64,000 nucleotides of DNA, from assembly GCA_047601445.1 (NCBI GenBank), contig JASGJH010000001.1, positions 8,192,001 to 8,256,000 on the forward strand, given 5' to 3'. A model generated the notes under the pieces. It had not been told where the DNA came from. It did not search any database and worked only from the letters and a program-made list of their open reading frames with translations. This stretch comes from Myxococcales bacterium (GTDB lineage Bacteria > Myxococcota_A > Polyangia > Polyangiales > DASUME01). Of this stretch, positions 20,093-29,029 are shown one piece after another. The translations under genes were made by a program, and so were the position numbers. Position 1 is the first letter of the stretch, and each line of letters begins with the position of its first letter.

Positions 20093-22375
20093 TCAATCGA
20101 GCCCGCGGCGAAACGCCAGACGAGCCAGGAAGTCCGAGGCATCGAGCTTGTCTGAGAGCGAGGCGCCTGGGGCTTCGCTCAATTCGACGTAGCAGGCCTG
20201 GCTTTCATCCATGGCTCCCGCCAAGAACGCGCTGAGGCCGTGCAGCCGCAGGGCCTCGAGGCGCAGGCGCGGCGTGGCCAGTCCAGCGGAGCGCGCCTGC
20301 CGAATCAGGGGCAAGGCCAGGTCGGGACGGTTGGCGCTGAGCAGCTGCCGCGCTTCGAGGTAGGGCGCGAGTCCATCTTTGCGGACCTGCTTCAGCTCCT
20401 GGATCAAGAACATGGCGCTACGCGGGTCGAGCTCGGTTCCGACCCGACCGATCAGCAGCTCACCGACGAGCTTGCGCGTGGGATCGCCCGCCTGGAGCGC
20501 GAGCAACTTGACGTCGAGCTGGCGGAGCTCCGACTCCCCCTGTGGTTCGCCCAACAGGATCCGATAGCTGCGCTCCGCCCGCGCGAAATCACCTGCCATG
20601 AAGGCTGCGTCCGCGATGCCGACTTCGGCGCGCGCGACCGCCGGACGGGGCGTGGTGGGCGATTCCTTCATGGCGTCCAGAGCGTCGGCTGCCTCGGTCA
20701 TCTTGCCGGCGCGGGCCAGCGTGCCGGCCAACACCGCGCGCGTGCCCGAGTTCTTGGGGTCGATCTCCAGAACCTCGCTGCACTTCTCGATGGCTCGCGG
20801 CAGATCCCCCGCGGATAGCGCAGCAGAGAGCTCGCCTTCGAGGCGGTCGATGGCGTGGGGACAAACCTGGGAGAACACGCCTGCGCGCTCGAAGCGCTGC
20901 TTGGCGAGCGCGGGAGCGGTTGCGGGCAGGGGCACCTGAGCGAGGTACGCACGCCAGGCTTGCTCGAGCTTCGGCAGCGGCTCTCCCAGCGCCTTCGCGG
21001 CGTCGCCCTCTGCGTAGACCTTACGGAGCGCAGGGGCGCCGCGGGTGTCCAACACGAAACGCAAGAAGCTCCCGGCCAGCGTGTAGCCGAGCTGCTGGTT
21101 GTGGCTGAAGAAGCGCGGCCCGAGCATCTCCGAGAGGGAAGGCGCGAGCTTGGCTTCCTGGGCCGCCTTGGCCCATTGATGCGGGGTCAGCTCGTCGCGC
21201 GCCACGGGCTCGAGCGCCACCGCCATGCCCTCCACCAGTACGGGCTCTGGGATCAAGCCGCCGAGCTTGCCGGGGACGCCGAAGAACCCCCGGGCCGCAT
21301 TGCGGGCCACGACATGGGCCAGTTCGTGCGCCAGCACCGGGTGCGGGAAGTCCTGATCTTGCAGGTACACCTCGCGCCGCCAGGGTTTGGCGATGTACAC
21401 GCGCATGGCGCCCATCAGCGCGCGCTTCTCCTGGGGCGACCGAAAGAAGTACGCCGTGATCGGCTTGGACTCTTTCACACCCAGGCTGTGCTCCAGCTGC
21501 CCCACGCGAAATGCACAGTCTTCGGCGATCCGAGCGCCTTCCACGAGGTCGAGCTCGCGCGGCACCACCACGTGGCAACGCGGCCCCTGGATCACCTTGC
21601 CCAGGCGATGCGCGATGAAGGCGCTGCTCGTGTGATGACCGAGATCCTCACCGCGGCGCGCTGCGCTCAACGCGGCCACGGCACTCAGCACCGCGAGCCC
21701 GCCCAGCAGGGAGTTCCTGCGCGGGCCGTACACGAGCACCATCCCGCTGCGCGGCTGTCGCGTGGCGGCCAGGAATGCCCACAGGCCGAAGCCGATGGCA
21801 CCCGAGATCAAGCGGTGGCTGAGCCAGGCGTCGGGGACGTCGATGCGTCGGTCGTAGAAGGTGCCGGGGAAATACCCGAAGAAGTGCCCGAACGCGAAGA
21901 TGCCAGGCGTGGACACGAAGTCGTAGAGCGGGCGCACGACGGCGAGGATGGGTAACAGCGCCGCGCACCAGGTCGCGAGGCGGGTGGACCGAATCGTGGC
22001 TCCAAGAGTGCAGCCACACACCGCGGCCAGGCTCACGCCGAGCCAGGGACCAAGTGCAAGGAACGAGAGGCCGCGCCATGGATCGCAGCTCTTCACCCGC
22101 AGCGCGTTGAGCGCCAGGAGCACGACCGGGCCCAGCACCACTAACCAGCCCGCGAAGATCGCCTGACCCACCAGCGCTTCCGTGCGCACCCCGCGCCCAC
22201 GAGCGGCGCAGGCCAGGCGAGCCCCGAGGGCGCACGCCCATGGCGATAGGGCGAGCGCGAGCACCAGCGCGCTCTCGGGGCCCCAGCCGCTCACCAGCGG
22301 CGTCACGCACAACACCAGGCCCAAACACAGCGAGAAGCCCAGTGCCCAGCGTGTGGTGCGAAGAGTGAACAACAT
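20093..22375 (-). CDS. Multi-TM membrane protein with gluzincin-type metallopeptidase domain and C-terminal TPRs
   Basis: About 6-7 TM helices; VLAHELAHVV plus downstream LVEGMAV; TPR-like LEIDPKN. Confidence 0.75.
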   Translation of the reverse strand: MLFTLRTTRWALGFSLCLGLVLCVTPLVSGWGPESALVLALALSPWACALGARLACAARGRGVRTEALVGQAIFAGWLVVLGPVVLLALNALRVKSCDPWRGLSFLALGPWLGVSLAAVCGCTLGATIRSTRLATWCAALLPILAVVRPLYDFVSTPGIFAFGHFFGYFPGTFYDRRIDVPDAWLSHRLISGAIGFGLWAFLAATRQPRSGMVLVYGPRRNSLLGGLAVLSAVAALSAARRGEDLGHHTSSAFIAHRLGKVIQGPRCHVVVPRELDLVEGARIAEDCAFRVGQLEHSLGVKESKPITAYFFRSPQEKRALMGAMRVYIAKPWRREVYLQDQDFPHPVLAHELAHVVARNAARGFFGVPGKLGGLIPEPVLVEGMAVALEPVARDELTPHQWAKAAQEAKLAPSLSEMLGPRFFSHNQQLGYTLAGSFLRFVLDTRGAPALRKVYAEGDAAKALGEPLPKLEQAWRAYLAQVPLPATAPALAKQRFERAGVFSQVCPHAIDRLEGELSAALSAGDLPRAIEKCSEVLEIDPKNSGTRAVLAGTLARAGKMTEAADALDAMKESPTTPRPAVARAEVGIADAAFMAGDFARAERSYRILLGEPQGESELRQLDVKLLALQAGDPTRKLVGELLIGRVGTELDPRSAMFLIQELKQVRKDGLAPYLEARQLLSANRPDLALPLIRQARSAGLATPRLRLEALRLHGLSAFLAGAMDESQACYVELSEAPGASLSDKLDASDFLARLAFRRGLD

Positions 22376-22393
22376 GGAGGGAGGGCGAACGCC

Positions 22394-24772
22394 TCAGGTC
22401 GGCATAGCAGCCACGGGCCGGTCGGGCGATGCGGTGGGCATGCGCTCGAGAGCCAAGGCCAGGGCTTCCTCCACGTGGGCAATCAAGTGCACCTGCATGG
22501 CCGAGCGGATCTCCTTTGGCACCTCGTCGAGATCCGGCGCGTTGAGCTTGGGCAGGATCACGTGCTTGATGCCCGCCCGGTGTGCGGCCAGGAACTTGTC
22601 CTTCACTCCACCCACGCGCAGCACGTTGCCGCGCAGGGTCACCTCGCCCGTCATGGCCACGTCGGGGCGCACCTTGATGCCGGTGAGCATCGAGCAGAGC
22701 GAGACTAGGATGGCGATACCCGCCGACGGACCGTCCTTGGGAATTCCGCCCTGAGGCAGGTGCACGTGGACGTCGATCTTGGAAAGGAAATCGGCGTCGA
22801 GCGAGAGCTTGGCCGCGCGCGCACGCAAGTAGGTGAAGGCCGCCGCCGCCGACTCCTTCATGACGTCGCCCATCTGACCGGTGAGGTGCACCATGCCCTT
22901 GCCCGGCATGCGCATCGACTCCACGAACATGAGGTCGCCGCCCGAGGGCGTCCACGAAAGACCGGCCGAGATGCCCACCTCGGCGCTGCGCTCGGCCATC
23001 TCCTTCTCGTGAGACGCGGGCCCAAGCACCTCTTGAATGGTCGCGTTGTCGCAGGTCACGTACACGTCTTCACCACGCGCCAGGCGCACGGTGACGTGTC
23101 GGCAGACCGAGGCCACGCGCTGCTCCAGCGTGCGCACGCCGGCCTCACGCGTGTAGCTGTCGACCAGTGTATCGATGGCTTCGTCGGTGAACTCCAGGCG
23201 TGCCGGGGTCAGGCCGTGCTCGCTGAGCTGGCGAGGAATCAAGAAGTCCCTGGCGATGGCCTTCTTTTCGTCGCGCGTGTAGCCCGGGATCTCGATGACC
23301 TCCATGCGGTCCAGCAGCGGTCCGGGGATGGTGTCCTTGCGGTTGGCTGTCGCGATGAACAGCACCGAGGAGAGATCGACGGGGACCTCGAGGTAGTGAT
23401 CCGTGAAGGTGCTGTTCTGCTCCGGATCGAGCACCTCGAGCAGGGCGCTGGCAGGATCGCCGCGATTGTCGCGCCCGAGCTTGTCGATCTCGTCGAGGAT
23501 GAGCACCGGGTTCTTGGCGCCCGCTTTCTTGAGCGCGCCGATGATGCGCCCCGGGAACGAACCCACGTAGGTCCTGCGATGGCCCCGGATCTCGGCCTCG
23601 TCGGACACGCCGCCCAGGGATACGCGCTGGAACTGACGTCCGGTGGCGCGCGCGATGGAGCGACCGAGCGAGGTCTTGCCCACACCCGGCGGTCCCACCA
23701 AGCAGAGGATGGGGCCACGCTGGTTCATGCGCAGCTTGCGCACCGCGATGAACTCCACGATGCGGCGCTTGGCCCGCTCGAGTCCGTGGTGATCCTCGTC
23801 GAGCACGCGGCGCACCTCTGCCACGTCGAGGCGATCGGGCGTGGCCTTGCCCCAGGGCAAGTCGGCCAACCACTCCACGTAGGTGCGAGCCACCTGGTAT
23901 TCGGCGCCGCTGGCCGCCATGGTGCGCATGCGGCTGAGCTGCTTGCGCGCAGCGCGTTCGGCATCGGGCGGAAGATCTGCGCGCGCGATGCGATCGCGCA
24001 GCTGCTCGAGCTCGTCCTCGTCCTCCTCGCCCTCACCGAGCTCACGTCGGATCGCGCGCATCTGCTGGCGCAGCAGGAACTCGCGCTGGGAGCGCGACAT
24101 CTCTTCTTGAACCATGGTCGAGATCTCCTGCTTCACGCGGTAGACCTCGGACTGGCGGTTCAGCAGGTCGAGCACCTTGCGCAGGCGATCGCGCACGTCG
24201 AGGAGCTCGAGCACGGTCTGCTTTTGAGCGGTTTGGATGGGCAGGTTCGACGCCACCAGATCGGCCAACGCGCCCGCTTCCTGCACGTTGTCGAGCGCCT
24301 GAGCGGCCTCGCGCGGCAGTTGCGGCAGTTGGGCCATCAGCTTGCGCGCGGACTCGCGCAGGTGGACCGTGAGGGCGTTGATCTCCACGTCCCGACCCGG
24401 GCGTTCCACGATGCGCTCTACACGGGCGCGCAGCGTCGGCCGAGTCTCGAGCGGCTCCAGCATGCGCATGCGGGCCACGCCCTGCAGCACCACGCTGTAG
24501 TTGCCCGAGCTGAGTCGGATGACCTTGAGAATGCGGGCGACCGTGCCCATCTGATACAGGTCCGCGAACTGCGGATCCTCGGTTTCGGCGACCTTCTGCG
24601 CCACCACGCCGATGGTGGGGCGCTCGCCGCCGAAGGCCTCTTCGATCAGCCGCACCGAGCGCGGCCTTCCCACGTTTACCGGCACGACCGAGGCCGGGAA
24701 AAGCACGGAATTGCGGAGCGGCAAAATGGCGAGGGACTCTGGACTTGCAGGCGGAATCATCGAGTCAGTCAT
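22394..24772 (-). CDS. lon: ATP-dependent Lon protease
   Basis: ILPLRNSVLFP, GPPGVGKT, LILDEIDK, RRTYVG, PKDGPSAG, GGVKDK; AGGAG RBS before ATG 24772. Confidence 0.97.
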   Translation of the reverse strand: MTDSMIPPASPESLAILPLRNSVLFPASVVPVNVGRPRSVRLIEEAFGGERPTIGVVAQKVAETEDPQFADLYQMGTVARILKVIRLSSGNYSVVLQGVARMRMLEPLETRPTLRARVERIVERPGRDVEINALTVHLRESARKLMAQLPQLPREAAQALDNVQEAGALADLVASNLPIQTAQKQTVLELLDVRDRLRKVLDLLNRQSEVYRVKQEISTMVQEEMSRSQREFLLRQQMRAIRRELGEGEEDEDELEQLRDRIARADLPPDAERAARKQLSRMRTMAASGAEYQVARTYVEWLADLPWGKATPDRLDVAEVRRVLDEDHHGLERAKRRIVEFIAVRKLRMNQRGPILCLVGPPGVGKTSLGRSIARATGRQFQRVSLGGVSDEAEIRGHRRTYVGSFPGRIIGALKKAGAKNPVLILDEIDKLGRDNRGDPASALLEVLDPEQNSTFTDHYLEVPVDLSSVLFIATANRKDTIPGPLLDRMEVIEIPGYTRDEKKAIARDFLIPRQLSEHGLTPARLEFTDEAIDTLVDSYTREAGVRTLEQRVASVCRHVTVRLARGEDVYVTCDNATIQEVLGPASHEKEMAERSAEVGISAGLSWTPSGGDLMFVESMRMPGKGMVHLTGQMGDVMKESAAAAFTYLRARAAKLSLDADFLSKIDVHVHLPQGGIPKDGPSAGIAILVSLCSMLTGIKVRPDVAMTGEVTLRGNVLRVGGVKDKFLAAHRAGIKHVILPKLNAPDLDEVPKEIRSAMQVHLIAHVEEALALALERMPTASPDRPVAAMPT

Positions 24773-25066
24773 CTCAGCTCCTGGAACCATAGTTTCCCCT
24801 ACTGCGCGGAGTCTGACCAGATCCCACACCGCCCGAATGGCACCGCGGGCGGGTGCGGGACTCAAGATTTCCGAACCGTTTTCGGCTCGGGCGTGCGGGG
24901 ACTTTTGTGCGGCCTGGGGACCATGCGATGCTTTGCGCGGAACGTCGCCTGTAGTAGATCCTTTGACCGTCTACTGCCGGTGTGCGACTGTCACCTACAC
25001 GGTGAGTCAACAGGGGCGAGGCTTCGGTTCGTGGGCCGCGATTGGGCGGTCCCAGCGGGAGGGTTG

Positions 25067-25261
25067 ATGTTGTCGTTGCGATCTGCCGGTTTGCTTTCGG
25101 CTCTAGTCATGAGTTCGGGTTGCAACGGCATCTTCTGGGGAAACTTGGGCGTGCTTTGCGTGACCGTCGGCATCTTTCTCGGCACGGTGTTCCTGAGCCG
25201 AAATAGCAACGCCCGCACCGCGACTCGCTCCACGCCCCCGTCCTCGTCCACGAACACCTGA
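25067..25261 (+). CDS. Small (64 aa) membrane protein/lipoprotein
   Basis: GGGAGGG RBS; MLSLRSAGLLSALVMSSGC lipobox-like, then a TM helix; ends 11 nt before the next gene. Confidence 0.55.
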   Translation: MLSLRSAGLLSALVMSSGCNGIFWGNLGVLCVTVGIFLGTVFLSRNSNARTATRSTPPSSSTNT

Positions 25262-25272
25262 TCGCGAGAGTC

Positions 25273-26415
25273 ATGCCCGAGAGCGTGCTCGATTCGGGCT
25301 TCCGCACGCTGGATGCCCTCACGTTGGCCGATCTCGAGGCCGTGCGCCTCGCTTTGCGCGGTGGCTCGGTGATCGACTGGTATCGGCTCAATTTCGAGAG
25401 CCGTCGGGAGATCGACGAGTTCATCGCCGTCCAGGAGATGCAGCTCGAGGAGCCCGCGGACGTCGCTCGGGTGGAGGCCGTGAAGAACGCGGCCGTGAGC
25501 TACCTGCGACGCAACTTCGACTTCCCCGTGCCCAAGCCGGTGAGCCAAGCGGACCTGCCCAAGCTGCTCGAGCTGGCGTCCTCGCGTGGTCACCGTCAGC
25601 TGTGCGCCTGCACCATCCTCAAGGTGATGCACATTATCCACCACCTGGATGCGCGGGAGCTCCTGTTCATGTTGCCCGTGTCCGACCAGGAGGTGTTCCA
25701 CCTCGTGGAAGAGAAGGTCTATCGGGTGATCGGCGGCATGCTCGCCAAGGGCTTCCCGATCCTGGAGTTCATCGGCGGCCGCAAGAACAAGGACTCGCTC
25801 TACACCAAGCTGTTGTCCAAGCGCGAGACCATCGCGGCTCAAATCTACGACAAGCTGCGCTTCCGTATCGTGACGCGAACGCCCGACGACATCTGGCCGA
25901 CGCTGAATTACCTGATGCAGAAGGTGTTTCCCTTCAACTACGTGATTCCTGGGCAGTCGACCAACTCGATGTTCGACTTCAAGAGCTACTGCGAGGCGCA
26001 TCCGAACCTCACTCAGCTCTTGCCCAGGCTACAGCTGAGCGTCGATCTCGAGCGCACGAGCGATGGGGTCGACAACCGCTTCACCTCGAACAGCTACCGG
26101 GTGGTGCACCTGGTGGTGGACATGCCGATCCGGCTGGCGCGCGAGATGCTCGAGCAAGTGCCGCCCGCGGGCTGGTCCCTGGGCCCCGTCATCTTCGTGC
26201 AGGCCGAGTTTCAGATCGTCGATCGCGAGACCGAGCAATCCAATGAGCTCGGGGAGGCGAGTCACGCGTCCTACAAGCAGAGGCAACGTCAGGCCGTGAT
26301 GCGGCGGCTGAAGCTCGGCTCCGAGGAGGCGCGCAACAACCCCGAGCTGCGAGACGAGAGCAAGGACAGCGAGCCGAAGGACAGCGAGCCGAAGGACGGC
26401 GAGCCGCACGACTGA
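25273..26415 (+). CDS. TIGR04552-like protein with RelA/SpoT synthetase-like nucleotidyltransferase motifs
   Basis: GGSVIDW N-terminus; GRKNKDSLYTKL, DKLRFRIV, SYRVVH, EFQI, ELGEASHASYK. Confidence 0.8.
   Translation: MPESVLDSGFRTLDALTLADLEAVRLALRGGSVIDWYRLNFESRREIDEFIAVQEMQLEEPADVARVEAVKNAAVSYLRRNFDFPVPKPVSQADLPKLLELASSRGHRQLCACTILKVMHIIHHLDARELLFMLPVSDQEVFHLVEEKVYRVIGGMLAKGFPILEFIGGRKNKDSLYTKLLSKRETIAAQIYDKLRFRIVTRTPDDIWPTLNYLMQKVFPFNYVIPGQSTNSMFDFKSYCEAHPNLTQLLPRLQLSVDLERTSDGVDNRFTSNSYRVVHLVVDMPIRLAREMLEQVPPAGWSLGPVIFVQAEFQIVDRETEQSNELGEASHASYKQRQRQAVMRRLKLGSEEARNNPELRDESKDSEPKDSEPKDGEPHD
26362..26406 (+). repeat. 15-bp in-frame tandem repeat, 3 copies (KDSEP/KDGEP)
   Basis: AAGGACAGCGAGCCG twice, then AAGGACGGCGAGCCG. 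Confidence 0.9.
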
Positions 26416-26476
26416 GCCCACGAGGGCACGCATCCGCGTGGATCCCGTTCGGCAGGGCTGTCTGGGTTGCAGAGCC

Positions 26477-28882
26477 TCAGAAGCGGCGGATGATGCGCAC
26501 GACCTTGCCCGCCTCGACGTCGACTTCGACGTCGTGGGTGAGGTTGTCCGGGGTGCGCAGGCCGATGCGGTGGGCGCCGGCGGGCACGCGCAGCGAGCGC
26601 ACGGGCGTGTCGCGGCCGCTGTCGACTCCGTCGATGAACACCCGGGACCAGGGCAAGGTGCTGATCAAGAGCTCGCCTTGGCCTTCGGCCAGCGTCTCTT
26701 CGTTGATGGCTTCGGCGATCTCGGTCTCACCGACGTCCGCGCGTTGCACCGACGGGCTGCTCGGGTCGCCCTGGTGAGCGGCCTGGGCAGGGCGCGGGCG
26801 GCCGCGCGGCGCGACCGGCTTGGCGCGCTCGATCGGGGCGGGTCCCACTGCGGCCGGCACGGGCAGGGCGCTCGTGGTGGGGCCGCTCGGGGCCTGAGGC
26901 TGCACGGTGGGGGCGGGCAGCGAGTCGACCTTGGGGGCCGCCTTGCCGCTCGGGGCCTGACCGGGGGCTTCGAGGCGCTGGAGGACGGGTTGCACGGCGC
27001 GGGACTCGCCGGGGGCAACATGGACGGAAATGCGGACCGGCTCGTAGCCACGGGCGTCGATGGCCACTTCGTGTACGCCGGGCTCGAGTCCGTCGACGCT
27101 GAGGGGCGGGTTACCGCGCAACACGCCGTCGATGCGGACGAGAGCGTCTGGATCGCCGAGGCTGTCGATCTCGAGGGTCGCGGTGCGGTGCTGCGCCATG
27201 CGCGTGAGGCCGTAGCCGGCACCGAGCAGAATCAGGGCGAGCCCGACCACGGCGGAGCGACGCACCATGCGGCGCGAGTGCTCGCGCTCGCGCTCGAGCG
27301 GAAGCGCCTCGAGCTCGGGAACAGGCGTATTCTGGGGACCCGCCTTGAAGGTCATGGTGGGGATGCGGCGCTCGTCGAGCGGACGCGACTGATAGACCGG
27401 GGCGCGTCGGGACTCGGACGGAGAGCGCTCGTACATGCCGCTCGGGCGTGCCGGGCGGTCGGATGGTGTCTGCTGCTGCTCGTACATGCGGGGAGCCCAG
27501 GGGGCAGCGCCGCGCATGATCACGTCGGAGGGAGCCGGCTGGCGGACGGCCACCGGGTTCGGCGCGGGCACGAGATCGTCCAGCGAGATCCGCGGCTCGC
27601 TCTCGATTTCCCGCAGCTCGTCGAGCTCATCGGCGCTGAAGAAGATTTGGGTCTGCTCGTCGTGAACGTCGTGCTCGCCGCTGAGCTTTGCGAGCTCTTC
27701 CTCGGTGAGTTCGCTGCGACGCGTGACGAGCAGCGGATCGCTCGGGGTCGTCGCGTGATCGTCGCCGCGTGCGAAGCCCTGCTCGCCCGAGCTCTTGGCC
27801 GCGCGCTCGCCGCTTGGGGGAGGCTCGGAGGGCAAGGGGGGCACCGTGGCTCCGCGCACCAGGGCGCCGCGCGAGAGCATGTCTCCGAAGATCTCGAGAC
27901 GCTGCTTCTCGCGCACCACCTCTTGCGCGAAGGCTTCGCGCATCATCACGCCCACGTCGGCCTCGCCGAAGCCAGGATAGTGCGAGTCCAGGAAGCCATA
28001 GAGCGCCTGCTCCATGTCCTGGGCGCTGGCGTAGCGGTCCTGCACGTCGCGGGCGAGTGCCTTGAGCACGATGGCATCGAGCGCGGCGGGGATGCCTGGC
28101 ACCTTGGCCGAAGGCGGCACCACGCGGGCATCGCGGACCTGCTCGAGCGTGGCGAAATCGGTTTCGCCGTAGAACAAGCGCGAGCCCGTGAGGGCTTCAT
28201 GCAGACAGATGCCCATCGCGAACACGTCGGAGCGATGGTCGACGGGCAGGCTGCGGATCATCTCCGGGCTCATGTAGCCGAACTTGCCCTTGAGGATGCC
28301 GGCCTGGGTCTTCTGCGACTGAGAGGCCGCGCGTGCGACGCCGAAGTCGATGAGCTTCACCTGGCCCGAGTAGCCGACGATGATGTTCTGCGGCGAGACG
28401 TCGCGGTGGATGATGTTGAGCGGCTCGCCCGACGCGTCGCACTTGGTGTGAGCGTAGTGCAGGGCGGCGCAAGCCTTGGCGGCGATGAACGAGGCTGCGG
28501 GTGGCGGCACCACTTCGCCCAGCTTCTTGAGCCGGTTCATGACCTTCAACAGGTCGCGGCCCCACAGAAACTGCATGGCGATGTAGTGATCGCCGCGGAC
28601 CCGGCCGAGCTCGTAGATGCGGCAGATGTTCGGGTGCGTGAGCTGACCTGCAATGCGCGCTTCGTCGATGAACATCCCGATGAACTCGCTGTCCTCGGCG
28701 ATGTTCGGCAGGATGCGCTTGATGGCGACGATTTGATCGATGCGGGAGGAGCCGGTCGGGAGCGCCTTGAAGACCTCCGCCATTCCGCCGACGCTGACGC
28801 GCTGGAGCAGTAAGTATTTTCCGAAGGGAGCGATGCGTCCCTTGGGTTGCGAAGCAGGTTCAGCCACAGCCTGGGAAGTCAT
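26477..28882 (-). CDS. Membrane Ser/Thr kinase with two PEGA domains
   Basis: GGMAEVF, VAIKRILP, HRDVSPQN, DFG, GKFGYMSPE; TM; PEGA-like LEPGVHEV and STLPWSRVFIDG. Confidence 0.93.
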   Translation of the reverse strand: MTSQAVAEPASQPKGRIAPFGKYLLLQRVSVGGMAEVFKALPTGSSRIDQIVAIKRILPNIAEDSEFIGMFIDEARIAGQLTHPNICRIYELGRVRGDHYIAMQFLWGRDLLKVMNRLKKLGEVVPPPAASFIAAKACAALHYAHTKCDASGEPLNIIHRDVSPQNIIVGYSGQVKLIDFGVARAASQSQKTQAGILKGKFGYMSPEMIRSLPVDHRSDVFAMGICLHEALTGSRLFYGETDFATLEQVRDARVVPPSAKVPGIPAALDAIVLKALARDVQDRYASAQDMEQALYGFLDSHYPGFGEADVGVMMREAFAQEVVREKQRLEIFGDMLSRGALVRGATVPPLPSEPPPSGERAAKSSGEQGFARGDDHATTPSDPLLVTRRSELTEEELAKLSGEHDVHDEQTQIFFSADELDELREIESEPRISLDDLVPAPNPVAVRQPAPSDVIMRGAAPWAPRMYEQQQTPSDRPARPSGMYERSPSESRRAPVYQSRPLDERRIPTMTFKAGPQNTPVPELEALPLEREREHSRRMVRRSAVVGLALILLGAGYGLTRMAQHRTATLEIDSLGDPDALVRIDGVLRGNPPLSVDGLEPGVHEVAIDARGYEPVRISVHVAPGESRAVQPVLQRLEAPGQAPSGKAAPKVDSLPAPTVQPQAPSGPTTSALPVPAAVGPAPIERAKPVAPRGRPRPAQAAHQGDPSSPSVQRADVGETEIAEAINEETLAEGQGELLISTLPWSRVFIDGVDSGRDTPVRSLRVPAGAHRIGLRTPDNLTHDVEVDVEAGKVVRIIRRF

Positions 28883-29029
28883 AAGTAGAGGCCGCTGAAT
28901 ATCGCACACTTTCACGCATTTTGTACGTCCATTCGTGGCCAATCTTGAGGTGAGCTGGGACACCATCCTACACGTCGGACGGCTCCTTTGCGCGCTATGC
29001 GAGCTCGAAACGGAGTCGCGATCGCTGCG

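Noticed and set aside
22760..25066. Long antisense ORFs (also 6826..8802, 26438..28813, 32593..34749, 59221..61113)
   Set aside because: Shadow ORFs opposite well-supported genes, expected with high GC3, with no motifs
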